The position numbers and the translations under genes were made by a program. From an uncultured Acidobacteriota bacterium (lineage in GTDB: Bacteria; Acidobacteriota; UBA6911; RPQK01; JAPXNP01), in NCBI GenBank assembly GCA_963777605.1, contig CAVZRV010000009.1:1-46621 (forward strand): a DNA stretch of 46,621 nucleotides. The letters are read 5' to 3'. The notes beneath the pieces were generated by a model that did not search any database, had not been told where the DNA came from, and saw only the letters and a list, made by a program, of their open reading frames with translations. Shown piece by piece: positions 36,787-46,621 of this stretch (its first letter is position 1; each line of letters starts with the position of its first letter).

Positions 36787-39322
36787 TTATGCCTGAAATG
36801 ACTTCACGAGTGGATAGAGGTGTTCTTTGAGAATGGCCATCGTGTAGGGTTTCTGGATGAATCCGAGCACTCCCTGGCCGGCGAAACGGGCTTCCAGTTC
36901 CTGGTTGGCGTAGCCGCTAGCCAGCAGAACGCGGGCTTCGGGATCGACCTGCTTGAGGGCGGCCAGGGTTTCCGCACCGTCCATATGCGGCATGGTGAGG
37001 TCGAGAATCACCAGGTCGATCTCCGACCGGTGCTCTTCGTAGGCGAGCAGTGCTTCCCGTCCGTCCGAGGCTGTCAGCACCCGGAATCCGATCCGTTCCA
37101 GCATCTTCCGCCCCAGTCCCCGAATTGTCTCCTCGTCATCCACCAGCAAAACGAGGACGTCACGGAAGTGTTCCGTGAGATCAGCCGCCGGGGTTGCGCG
37201 CATTGGATTGCGGGACCTTCGCCGCCGGCAGCAGCACGCGGAACGTGGTTCCCTTGCCGGGGTGCTGTCGACCGTCAGCGCCCCCGGTGGCCCGGACGAT
37301 TCCGAGCACGGCCGACATGCCCAGGCCGCGTCCCGTGAACTTGGTGGTGAAGAAGGGTTCGAAGAGCGGTCGAGAGTCTGGCGGTCCATGCCGCAGCCGG
37401 TATCGGCGACCTCGAGAACGACGTAGAGGCCTTCCTCAAGATCTCCTTCGGAATAGGCGTCGCGCAGAGTGGCGGCATCACAGTGAACCGCCCCGGTGGA
37501 GACGTTGATAAACCCGCTGCGTTCGCCGATGGCTTCGGAGGCGTTGATGACGAGGTTCATGATGACCTGGCGGATCTGGGTGGCGTCGCCTTCGATGGTG
37601 GGCAGTCCAGTTTGGGTCCGCAGGTTGAGGACGGCCTTCTTGGAAATGGAGGTCTTCAGGAGGTGGGCCATCTCCTCGATGAGGACGCCAAGGTCGAAGG
37701 GTTCGATGATGAAGCTGCTGCGGCCGGAATAGGCCAGCATCTGGCGGCAGAGATCGGCTGCCCTGCGGGAAGCGGTCTCGATCTGCTCGATGCTGGAACG
37801 GGCCGGCGAAGTCGGGGTGAGGTCGTCCAGCGCCAGGTCGGCGTAACCCAGAATTCCCATCAGAAGGTTGTTGAAGTCGTGCGCGATTCCCCCCGCCAGC
37901 ACCCCGAGGCTCTCCAGTTTCTGGGTCTGCTGAATGCGGTGTTCCATTTCGAGACGCTGGCGCTCTGCTCTGGTGGCCTCGGTGACGTCGCGAACGATGG
38001 CAAGAACTTCGTCCGGGCCGTACGGCACCATCCGAGCCTCGTAACGCCGCTCTCCGAAGGCCATTTCCAGTTGTATTCGTAGACCTGGATCCGCCTCCAT
38101 CCAGGACCTCGGCAATCTTCTCTTGGTGACCTCGCCAGATCGGCAGGAAGACTTCGCGGACCGTTTCCCGACGTTTCCTCCGGAGGGATCAAGAGGTCGC
38201 TCGGATTGGAGGAAGTGGAGTCGAGACACCGCGCCTCCCGATTGAACCGGAACAGAGGTCCGGAATGGCGGAGACGATCGCCCGGTTGCGCTCTTCACTC
38301 TGCGTAAGGCGGCTTCCTGGGCCTTTTGCCGTGACGTCGATCATGACGGTCAGAAGGTACTGACAGCCCTGGCTGAGAATCACCTCGCCGGAGAAAAGGC
38401 CGTCGAGATACCTGCCATCTTTCCGGCGAACCCGAAGTTCGAGGTTCGCGACCCGTCCCGCGATTTCAGCCGGCAGGCTGCGTCCTCCAGTTTGTCGGAG
38501 TCACCACCACTCGCATTCCCACGGCGTCTTACCCAGAACCTCATCTCTTGAATAACCGGTCGTTTGGACAAAGGCGTGATTCACGTCAACGAAGCGCCCG
38601 TCGGGAACGGTAGACAGGGCCATGGGGCAGGGATTGTGACGGAAGAGTTGCTCGAAGCGCTGTTGTGCCTCCTTTTCAGCTGAGAGATCTTTGCCGAGGC
38701 CGAAGACGCAACTCCGTCCACTCCACTTTCCAAGCCAGACCCGGGTCTCAACGGGAATGAGCGCCCCTTCCTTTGTGACCAGCGGGAGTCCGCAACTGTC
38801 GCTATCTCCTGCCAGCACAGAAGCAAGAATCGCCTCGGCCTCGGGTCGTCGTTCCGACTCGTGCCAATCCAGCACGTGCATGCTGCTGAGTTCCTCGTTT
38901 GTAAAGTGCAGCTTTACCTCGGCCGCCCGGTTGGTGTGCAAGATCCGGCCCTCCGGGGTGGCAACGACCACGATGTCACTGATTGAATCGAAGAAGCTGT
39001 GGAAGTTCTCCTCACTCTCGCGAAGCGCGTTCTCGGTCCGCTTCATCTTCCGGAAGAGGGCCCCGATCTGGTGGACACCGATCAGCATCACGACTGAAAT
39101 TACGAGGGCAATGAACTCTGCGGTTTCATCAAGCGGAGTTCTTCTCGCTCCCCACAACACGTCACAGAGTGTGACCGTGCGACGGCTTCCCATCAGAATC
39201 AGGGCCGTAGCGATCAACAGCCAGGCACTGCGCACGCGGGTCACCGAGAGGAGTCGAATTGCCAGGAACGCCGAAATGAACTGAAGTAGAGTTGATACAG
39301 CGAGAACGACGGTCACAAGCAT
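36787..39322 (-). CDS. Hybrid PAS sensor histidine kinase/response regulator, multiple frameshifts
   Basis: Three N-terminal TM helices from MLVTVV (GAGGA RBS), PAS repeats, [24 protein letters not shown]. Confidence 0.85.
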
Positions 39323-39439
39323 CAGCGCGCTCCTCAAACAGCATGAACGGCTCAATCTTATGTCAACAAGATAGGAAGGCAAGCGGGCATTGTCACTAGC
39401 TCCGGGAAAAGAGGAGTTTTGGGTGGTAAGATTGGGTCC

Positions 39440-40036
39440 ATGAAACGCCGACGTTTTATCCAGGCTTTGGCCTCGGTGTCGGCGGCTCCCGCGATTCTCG
39501 AGCAGCAGGTTAGTGGACGTGCCCCGGCCCGGCAGGCTTCGGCTGCCCGGCAAAGCCAGGGTATCGAATTGACGGTCGTCGATGCGGCGGCCTCGCCCGT
39601 CCCCGGCTTCTTTACGCCGGAGCAGTTCGAAACTTTGCGGAAGCTTGCCGACATTTTGATGCCCTCCCTCAACGGGAAACCGGGTGCACTCGATGGAGGA
39701 GTGCCAGGTTTTCTCGACTTCCTGATCAGTCATTCTCCATCCGACCGCCAGGAACTCTATCGCAGCGGTCTTGACGCGCTGGACCATGAATCGTGGAGAC
39801 GCTTTTCGGCTCCTTTCTCGGGACTGGATGCCGCCCGGGCTCAGCCTTTGCTGGCGCCGCTGCGAGAGACGTGGAACCAGGATCCTCCAAGTGATCCGCT
39901 GGAGCGGTTTCTTGCGGCTGCAAAGGAGGATGTCCGCAAGGCCACCATCAACTCTCTCGAATGGAACACGGCCCCTCCTCAGAGTGAAGGCCGGCGTCCG
40001 CGAGGTGTGGGAATGTACTGGTACACGATTGAGTAA
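39440..40036 (+). CDS. Gluconate 2-dehydrogenase subunit 3-like Tat protein
   Basis: MKRRRFI Tat motif; FFTPEQFETL..LADILMP...PGA..GVP.FLD. Confidence 0.85.
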   Translation: MKRRRFIQALASVSAAPAILEQQVSGRAPARQASAARQSQGIELTVVDAAASPVPGFFTPEQFETLRKLADILMPSLNGKPGALDGGVPGFLDFLISHSPSDRQELYRSGLDALDHESWRRFSAPFSGLDAARAQPLLAPLRETWNQDPPSDPLERFLAAAKEDVRKATINSLEWNTAPPQSEGRRPRGVGMYWYTIE

Positions 40037-40054
40037 GGAAACGTCCGAGGGGGG

Positions 40055-41635
40055 ATGATGGCTGAGAAGGAATACGATGTACTGATTGTCGGCTCGGGAG
40101 CCTCCGGAGGGATGGCAGCCTATACGCTGACGAGGATGGGTGTCTCCTGCCTGATGTTGGAGGCGGGGCCGCTTCCGGATTTCGAGCGCGACCGCAAGCT
40201 GCGGCCCGTTTACGATCTCCCCTTCCGGGGCTTCGGTAAGCCTGGACGGTTGCCGCACGTGTTCCAGGCCGACGAGTTCAACGCCAATATCTGGGCCGAT
40301 GAGACCCGCAATCCATACACCCATCCGAAGAACGAGCCCTACAACTGGGTGCGTGTCAGGCTCGTTGGGGGCAAGTCACTCTTCTGGGCACGGATGTCCT
40401 TTCGGCTGAGCGATTACGAATTCAAGGCGAAAGACCACGACGGGTTCGGGGACAACTGGCCGATCGGCTATGCCGACCTTGCTCCCTTCTACGACCGGGT
40501 TGAGCCAATTTTCCGGGTGGTGGGGCGCAAGGAAGGACTGCCACAACTCCCCGACGGCGTCTTCGTTGAAGACAAGGCCCCCTACAGCGAGTCAATCCAG
40601 CGTTTTGCGGCGGCAGCGAAGAAGCAGGGGATCCCCGTGACCAAGGTGCGTCGCTCCCTCGGAGACGGGCGACTCGCCAGTTCTTTCAACCTCCTGCTGC
40701 CCGAGGCTCTCTCGACTGGCAAACTCGACATCGTGCCCTACGCCGTGGCGCGGGAGGTGACGTTAGACAAGAAAAGTGGGCGAGCGGACGGCGTGCTTTT
40801 CGTGGATCCTCGTTCGGGACGTGAGATGCGGGCCCGGGCCCGGGCGGTCGTGCTGGGAGCTTCCTGCCTGGAGAGTACCCGGCTCCTGCTGAACTCCGGG
40901 ATTGCCAATTCCAGCGGCGTGCTGGGCCGCTACCTGATCGACCAGTTCTACATCACCGGTAGCGTCGAGGCGACCGTTCCCGAGGCGCGGGACGGCAAGG
41001 CGCCTCGTGGGCTGATGGGGGGCGGTGCCTACGTACCCCGGTTTCGCAACCTGGACAGAAATCGCCAGAGAAGCGATTTCATTCGTGGTTACGCGGTCGA
41101 TTTCTATTCCGGCGGTACCCCGGATCCCAAGTACTTTCCGGCCTACGGAGCGGATCTGGAGAAAGAGTTGGAGAGCGCGCGGGGAGCCGGAATGTCATTT
41201 ACCACCATGGGGGAGGTGCTCTCCCGATATGAAAACCACGTCCGGATTGACGATCAAACCGTCGATGCGTGGGGAATTCCGGCATTGAGGATCGAGACTC
41301 GCTACACCGACAACGAGTTCAACATGGCGAAAGATGCCATCGCCACGCTGAGCGAGCTTTGCCGGGATGCCGGGTTCGAAGTCCTGGCCTCCCATGATCA
41401 GATGCAGCCACCCGGCTACAGCATCCACGAATTGGGGACCTGCCGGATGGGTGCCGATCCCCGGACGAGCGTCCTGAACCAGTGGAATCAGAGTCACGAT
41501 GTCAAGAACCTGTTCGTCGTGGACGGGAGCAGTTTTGTTACCGGCGGAACCCAGAATCCCACGCTGACGATCATGGCACTTGCGATGCGGTCGTCCGAAT
41601 ACCTTGCCGAACAGCTGCGAACGGGGACACTGTGA
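40055..41635 (+). CDS. GMC family flavoprotein oxidoreductase
   Basis: [48 protein letters not shown]. Confidence 0.93.
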   Translation: MMAEKEYDVLIVGSGASGGMAAYTLTRMGVSCLMLEAGPLPDFERDRKLRPVYDLPFRGFGKPGRLPHVFQADEFNANIWADETRNPYTHPKNEPYNWVRVRLVGGKSLFWARMSFRLSDYEFKAKDHDGFGDNWPIGYADLAPFYDRVEPIFRVVGRKEGLPQLPDGVFVEDKAPYSESIQRFAAAAKKQGIPVTKVRRSLGDGRLASSFNLLLPEALSTGKLDIVPYAVAREVTLDKKSGRADGVLFVDPRSGREMRARARAVVLGASCLESTRLLLNSGIANSSGVLGRYLIDQFYITGSVEATVPEARDGKAPRGLMGGGAYVPRFRNLDRNRQRSDFIRGYAVDFYSGGTPDPKYFPAYGADLEKELESARGAGMSFTTMGEVLSRYENHVRIDDQTVDAWGIPALRIETRYTDNEFNMAKDAIATLSELCRDAGFEVLASHDQMQPPGYSIHELGTCRMGADPRTSVLNQWNQSHDVKNLFVVDGSSFVTGGTQNPTLTIMALAMRSSEYLAEQLRTGTL

Positions 41636-42147
41636 CCTGGCGTACGGTCCTGCCGGTTATGGTTGGGGTCATGGTGCTCCTACAGGCCACTGCGGAATGG
41701 TCCTTTGGGCAGGATGAGAACAAGGCGCCCGTGCAGCCCGTACCGTTCAGTCACAAGGTTCACGCCGGAACCCTGGAAATTGAGTGTGCGACCTGCCATG
41801 AGAACCCGGATCCGGGTGAAGCCATGACCATCGCTCATCCGTCAGCCTGCATGGAGTGCCACGCGACGATCAAGGCCGACAGCCCGGCAATCCAGAAGTT
41901 GGCGAGAGCCGCGCAGGAGGGCCGGGATATCGACTGGGTCAGGGTTTACCAGATCCCGAGCTACGTCTGGTTCAGCCACCGCACTCATCTCGAAGCCGGC
42001 AACAAGTGCGTCGAATGCCACGGATCTGTCGCCGAGCGGGATCAACTGGCTCGCCAGGGGGACATTTCGATGGCTGGCTGCGTGAACTGCCACCTTGCCA
42101 AGGGATCCAGCACCGACTGTTCCTACTGCCACGAGCCGCTGCAGTAG
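41632..42147 (+). CDS. Pentaheme cytochrome c (c3/ActA-like)
   Basis: Five CxxCH motifs (CATCH, CMECH, CVECH, CVNCH, CSYCH); [17 protein letters not shown]; GTGA coupling to the GMC gene. Confidence 0.88.
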   Translation: MTWRTVLPVMVGVMVLLQATAEWSFGQDENKAPVQPVPFSHKVHAGTLEIECATCHENPDPGEAMTIAHPSACMECHATIKADSPAIQKLARAAQEGRDIDWVRVYQIPSYVWFSHRTHLEAGNKCVECHGSVAERDQLARQGDISMAGCVNCHLAKGSSTDCSYCHEPLQ

Positions 42148-42391
42148 TGCATGAGCGCCCAAGAAGCCTGGAATTGACCCTGCGCGTTCATCTGGCAATG
42201 CTTCGGCGGTTTCACCCTGTAAATGATCTCCCCTGCGCGAAGGTGCGGGGCTGGTTTGAGGTCGGGGCGCGGCCTGGGAAGCTGTCGCTTCCCGTTGATC
42301 GATTCTCTCCTGCCAGGCTGGTGCAAAAGCGGAAGCTTACGCTTCCAGCACTCCAAATGAGATTCAGTCCTCAGTATGATGGGAGGCAACC

Positions 42392-43906
42392 ATGAAGCTT
42401 AATCGAATTGCGTTCAGCGTTGTGTCAACCTTTGCCTTGCCCTTATTCATTCCTGTGGCCCGGGCCGAAGTAACTCTTCCCAGCGTCCTCACCGATCACA
42501 TGGTCATTCAGAGGGACCGACCGGTTCACATCTGGGGTACCGCTGCTCCCGGCGAATCGGTGACGGTCCGGTTCCGGGGTGAATCAGGGACCGCGACAGC
42601 CGGTGATCTGGGGCGTTGGAGTCTTTTTCTGTCTCCGGGAGATGCGGGAGGACCTTTTGTCCTGACCGTTGACGGGCGGAACTCGATTCGCCTGATCGAC
42701 ATCCTGGTCGGTGACGTCTGGATTGCTTCGGGCCAGTCGAACATGGAATTTTCGGTCGGGCAGGCGGACAACGGCCCTGACGAAGTGGCTGCAGCCCGAT
42801 ACCCGCGCATCCGGCTTTTCCGGGTTGATCACAGGGTCTCTGATCATCCGATGGACGACGTCCAGGCCGCTCCCTGGGTGGAGTGCAGCCCCGATTCGAT
42901 CGCCGAGTTCTCGGCCGTAGCCTATTTCTTCGGCCGCGATCTGCAGAAGAAACTCGACGTTCCGATCGGATTGATCGAATCGAATTGGGGAGGGACTCCC
43001 GTCGATGCGTGGACCCGGCTGGGAGCGATTGCTGGGGATGCATCCCTGATGCCGTCAATCGGAGCCTGGGCACACATGATGGAGAACCAGTCGACGACGC
43101 TACTCGAGCGGCAGCGACGAATTCGGGAGTGGCAGAAAGCGGTTGATCAGGCCAGGGCAGAGGGAACCGCGCCTCCGGGAAGGCCCTGGTTCCCCAACAT
43201 GGAAAACAGCTGGCAGCCGGCTGGCTTGTACAACGCCATGATTGCGCCGCTGACCCGGTTCCCGATCCGGGGAGCCATCTGGTACCAGGGGGAGAGCAAT
43301 GCATCGGCGGAGCGGGCCCCTCTCTACGCCCGGCTCTTTCAGACGATGATTCGGGATTGGCGACGAGCCTGGGCCCTGGGTGATTTCCCCTTCCTATTCG
43401 TCCAGTTGGCGAACTACAAGGATTCGTCACGCACCTACTGGCCGGAGCTCCGCGAGGCCCAGCTTGAGACCCTGAGCGTGGTGAAGACGGGGATGGCCGT
43501 CGCGATTGATATTGGGAATCCCGACGACATTCATCCGCGGAACAAGCAGGAAGTGGGACGGCGTCTCGCCCTGGCCGCCCGGGCTGTCGAATATGGAGAG
43601 TCGATCGAATATTCCGGGCCGATCTTCCGGCAGGCGGTTCCCGAAGACGGGACCGTTCGGATCTGGTTTGATCATTCTACAAGCGGCCTGGTCGCCAAAG
43701 GCGGGGACCTGACCGGATTTGAAATCGCCGGCGCCGATGAAAACTTTCAGCCCGCTGCTGCGGTGATCGACGGCTTGACGGTCGTCGTCTCCAGCCCCGG
43801 TGTGCCCCATCCGACCCGGGTCCGGTACGGCTGGGCGGACGACCCGGACTGCAACCTGTACAATTCTGAGGGACTTCCGGCATCGCCATTTCGTAATGGG
43901 CCGTGA
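42392..43906 (+). CDS. Sialate O-acetylesterase family (SGNH/SASA)
   Basis: GDVWIASGQSNM, FSAVAYFFG, WYQGESN, DIHPRNK; signal peptide. Confidence 0.92.
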   Translation: MKLNRIAFSVVSTFALPLFIPVARAEVTLPSVLTDHMVIQRDRPVHIWGTAAPGESVTVRFRGESGTATAGDLGRWSLFLSPGDAGGPFVLTVDGRNSIRLIDILVGDVWIASGQSNMEFSVGQADNGPDEVAAARYPRIRLFRVDHRVSDHPMDDVQAAPWVECSPDSIAEFSAVAYFFGRDLQKKLDVPIGLIESNWGGTPVDAWTRLGAIAGDASLMPSIGAWAHMMENQSTTLLERQRRIREWQKAVDQARAEGTAPPGRPWFPNMENSWQPAGLYNAMIAPLTRFPIRGAIWYQGESNASAERAPLYARLFQTMIRDWRRAWALGDFPFLFVQLANYKDSSRTYWPELREAQLETLSVVKTGMAVAIDIGNPDDIHPRNKQEVGRRLALAARAVEYGESIEYSGPIFRQAVPEDGTVRIWFDHSTSGLVAKGGDLTGFEIAGADENFQPAAAVIDGLTVVVSSPGVPHPTRVRYGWADDPDCNLYNSEGLPASPFRNGP

Positions 43907-44001
43907 ACTTTCCTGGCGCGCGGCGGATAATGGCTGGAGTGTTGCCGGAACATGGACAGCAGTGGCGCTGGGTTCCTGGAGTTCTGGCAAAGGAGCAAGT
44001 C

Positions 44002-46368
44002 ATGACAAGGTTCCGTGTCTACCTTCTACTCTCAGTTGCGATTTCGGTAGGTTATACGCCGGTGTTTGCCTCCCCGCTGGTGGTTGCATCCGGGAAATGG
44101 CGAATCACCGCCGATCCCGAAGTTGCTACCCTGACGGTGGCATACGACGAGCTGGGGCTGGTCATGCGCGATGTTCAGCTCAATCTTCGGAACGAAGGAG
44201 GGTTGCAGCGGCTCACTGACTGGACAGTGGAGCAGGTTGCAGAAGGTTCCCTGAAGATCAAGACGTCGAATCCTCGCGTGGCCTGGGGTTTCGACGTTGA
44301 CGGAGACAACCTGAAGATCTCGTGTACGTCTTACCGGGCCGTGCTGACCGCCGGCCTGCCGGCTCCTCCGGACCGGATCCCATCCCGTTTACTCGATCAC
44401 GGAGGTACCCCCGTTGACTGGTTGGGGACCACGGAAGTCCAGCATACCTACGGTGGAGATATCACCTGGAACCAGTCCTATCTTCCGCGGGAAAACTCCG
44501 AGGTGATGTACTTCGCCCTGGGACAGGTCACCAACCGGAAGGCTCATTCCCTGTTCGACCGGAAGGTCGATACGGCGATCAGCTTCAGCGGGGGGTCCAC
44601 CATGACGAGATCGGCGCTCGATCCGAACCTGCTCGAGCTGATGTTCCCTGTCCCCGGTTCCGCGATGGTCCGGGTCACACCCGACTATTACACGAAGGTC
44701 CTGGGCGTTCCCTACTACGTTCCCTTTGACGACTCGGTCTTTGAAACGGCGCCCGAGGTCTGGTGCAGTTGGACGTCCTACTATGCGGACGTCCGGGAGT
44801 CGGACATTGTCAAAAACACCGACTGGCTTGCCGAGAACCTGATCCCGTACGGTTTTGACTATGTGCAGATCGATGACGGCTATGACCGGGGCCTAACGGC
44901 GAACACTACTGGATCGAGAACTGGGACAAGGAAAAGTTTCCCCACGGGCCGGCCTGGCTGGCCGGATACATCAAGTCAAAGGGACTTCGACCCGGCCTCT
45001 GGCTGGTTCCGAACGCCTATGCAGGAGCGGTCAAGGAACACCCGGACTGGTACCTCCACTTCAACGGACGGATCGATCGTCCGCGATTACTCGACCCCTG
45101 CACTCGACTCCTCCAATCCGGAGGTGCTCGAGTTTCTGCGCCATCTCTTTAGCACTTTGGACGGCTGGGGATTCGAATACTACAAGTTCGACGGTGAGCA
45201 CGCCATTCCCAGGTACGCACCGAATGTGGATATCTCGAGATTGTACGCGCCCGACGCCGATCCTCTGGAGGTTTACCGAAAGCGGGTGGCACTGATCCGC
45301 GACACCATCGGCCCCGATGTCTTCGTGGAAGGGTGCCCGGCCGGAACGCCGCTGAACGCCATCGGCTACTACAACTCGACGTTTGCCGGAGATGATGTCT
45401 ACAACAGCTGGCAGGGGATGTACGCCCTGTTCAGTTCCATTAACGCCAATGCGTTTCTGAACCACATCCTGGTTTACCTGATGCCGGGTGAGGGGATCGA
45501 GGTGGGCACTCCGATGACCGTGGCGGAAGCGGAAAAGGCCCGTTGTCCGGATGTCGTTGCCGTCGAGCGTTCCCGTGAGGAACCGCTCAAGGGCTTCGGG
45601 ACGACCCTGCCCGAGGCGAGGACGCTGGTCAGTTACGTATCCCTGACCGGAGTGGTCTACCCGCTGGCCAGTGTCATGCCGGAACTCCCGGAGGAGCGGG
45701 TCCAACTCCTCAAGCAGACCATGCCCACCTTGCCGATTCTGCCGACCGACCTGTTCAGCCGGGGTACCGACATGTCGTGGGACAAGTTCAAGCATGTCAC
45801 GACAGAAGACTACATCCACAACTACCCGGAAGTCCTCGACCTGAAAGTGAATGCTGCCGCGGGCCAGTACGACGTGGTGGCCGTCACGAACTGGAGGGAC
45901 GGCACCGCTTCGCGCTCGATTTCCCTGGCCGACACCCTGGGCCTCGATGGCAAGTCCCCCTATGTCGCGTTCGATTTCTGGAATCAGCGGCCGCTGGGAA
46001 CCGTCCGGGGAACCCTCCACCTCGATGTGGACTCGCACGACACTCGGGTCGTCCAGCTGCGGCCGCTCGAGGATCACCCGCAGCTTTTGGGGACCTCCCG
46101 TCACATCAGCGGAGCTCAGTCGATCCAGAGCTTGGGGTGGGACGCGGCGGCCAAGCGCTTAAGCCTGACCTCCGAAACGGTTCCCGGCGAGCCCTACAGC
46201 ATCTGGCTGAACGTGCCCGAACCTTACCGGGCGGGCCGCATCCATGCATCGGTGAACGCGGGAGGTCGGGTAGCGGTTGAAAAAGGCGAAATCCAGGGAA
46301 CCGTGAAGCTGACGATCCAGGGACAGAATACCCCGATCAACTGGCAAATCGACTTCACCGCGAACTAA
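44002..46368 (+). CDS. Alpha-galactosidase-like glycoside hydrolase (clan GH-D, GH27/36), apparent compensating frameshifts ~44890-45060
   Basis: AAGGAG RBS, signal peptide; WCSW, YVQIDDGY, YYKFDG. Confidence 0.8.
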   Translation: MTRFRVYLLLSVAISVGYTPVFASPLVVASGKWRITADPEVATLTVAYDELGLVMRDVQLNLRNEGGLQRLTDWTVEQVAEGSLKIKTSNPRVAWGFDVDGDNLKISCTSYRAVLTAGLPAPPDRIPSRLLDHGGTPVDWLGTTEVQHTYGGDITWNQSYLPRENSEVMYFALGQVTNRKAHSLFDRKVDTAISFSGGSTMTRSALDPNLLELMFPVPGSAMVRVTPDYYTKVLGVPYYVPFDDSVFETAPEVWCSWTSYYADVRESDIVKNTDWLAENLIPYGFDYVQIDDGYDRGLTANTTGSRTGTRKSFPTGRPGWPDTSSQRDFDPASGWFRTPMQERSRNTRTGTSTSTDGSIVRDYSTPALDSSNPEVLEFLRHLFSTLDGWGFEYYKFDGEHAIPRYAPNVDISRLYAPDADPLEVYRKRVALIRDTIGPDVFVEGCPAGTPLNAIGYYNSTFAGDDVYNSWQGMYALFSSINANAFLNHILVYLMPGEGIEVGTPMTVAEAEKARCPDVVAVERSREEPLKGFGTTLPEARTLVSYVSLTGVVYPLASVMPELPEERVQLLKQTMPTLPILPTDLFSRGTDMSWDKFKHVTTEDYIHNYPEVLDLKVNAAAGQYDVVAVTNWRDGTASRSISLADTLGLDGKSPYVAFDFWNQRPLGTVRGTLHLDVDSHDTRVVQLRPLEDHPQLLGTSRHISGAQSIQSLGWDAAAKRLSLTSETVPGEPYSIWLNVPEPYRAGRIHASVNAGGRVAVEKGEIQGTVKLTIQGQNTPINWQIDFTAN

Positions 46369-46376
46369 AAAGAGCT

Positions 46377-46453
46377 TGGTGGAGACGAAGGGATTCGAAC
46401 CCTCGACCTCCTGAGTGCGATTCAGGCGCTCTTCCGGGCTGAGCTACGTCCCC
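46377..46453 (-). tRNA. tRNA-Ala(CGC)
   Basis: GGGGACGTAGCTCAGCCCGGAAGAGCGCCTGAATCGCACTCAGGAGGTCGAGGGTTCGAATCCCTTCGTCTCCACCA; G3-U70 pair, CGC anticodon. Confidence 0.96.
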
Positions 46454-46621
46454 ACCTTGGAAAGAGGCATTGTACCGGAATGGCAGGTTCAAGGGAAGTC
46501 GATCGAAAATGCGGTTGGCCGTCGCCACCCCTTGCGTTCGGAGGCAAGTTCGTTTTCTGGAGAAGCAATTGCGGGCGAACGCAACAACCTCTGCACCTCG
46601 GCCGAGATCCTTCAGGAGCCC

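Noticed and set aside
38501-40324. 607-aa minus ORF as a single protein
   Set aside because: The first ~334 aa are antisense to the subunit-3/GMC genes; the real kinase start is 39322 with its own RBS
46377-46453. tRNA-Ala as the boundary of a second island
   Set aside because: I found no duplicate of its 3' end in the window and no adjacent integrase

Overview
GC-rich bacterial chromosomal DNA. An Acidobacteriota-like host is inferred from gene types and REP families and is not proven. Positions 1-8951 form a compact (~8.9 kb) integrative element in the 3' end of tRNA-Cys(GCA), bounded by a 45-bp direct repeat (1-45 = 8907-8951). Its backbone is an uncharacterised protein, a Cys-rich zinc-ribbon protein, a hairpin-rich non-coding block, a DUF669/SSB-like protein, a Rep_trans-like initiator that appears to lack the canonical catalytic Tyr, an excisionase and a tyrosine integrase. 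Its cargo is a secreted plant-receptor-type LRR protein (16 repeats) with a tandem C-terminal domain, plus a 5'-truncated paralogue sharing that domain. The rest (9-46.6 kb) is catabolic and signalling chromosome: M14 peptidase, heparinase II/III-like protein, Tat-exported isomerase, HypD-like glycyl radical enzyme with activase, APC permease, YVTN-phosphoesterase lipoprotein, CocE/NonD hydrolase, putative glycoside hydrolases, ankyrin protein, PP2C, two hybrid kinases, a GMC/subunit-3/pentaheme dehydrogenase, a sialate esterase and tRNA-Ala(CGC). Two families of palindromic repeats are interspersed. Many genes carry small frameshifts, most likely sequencing indels.
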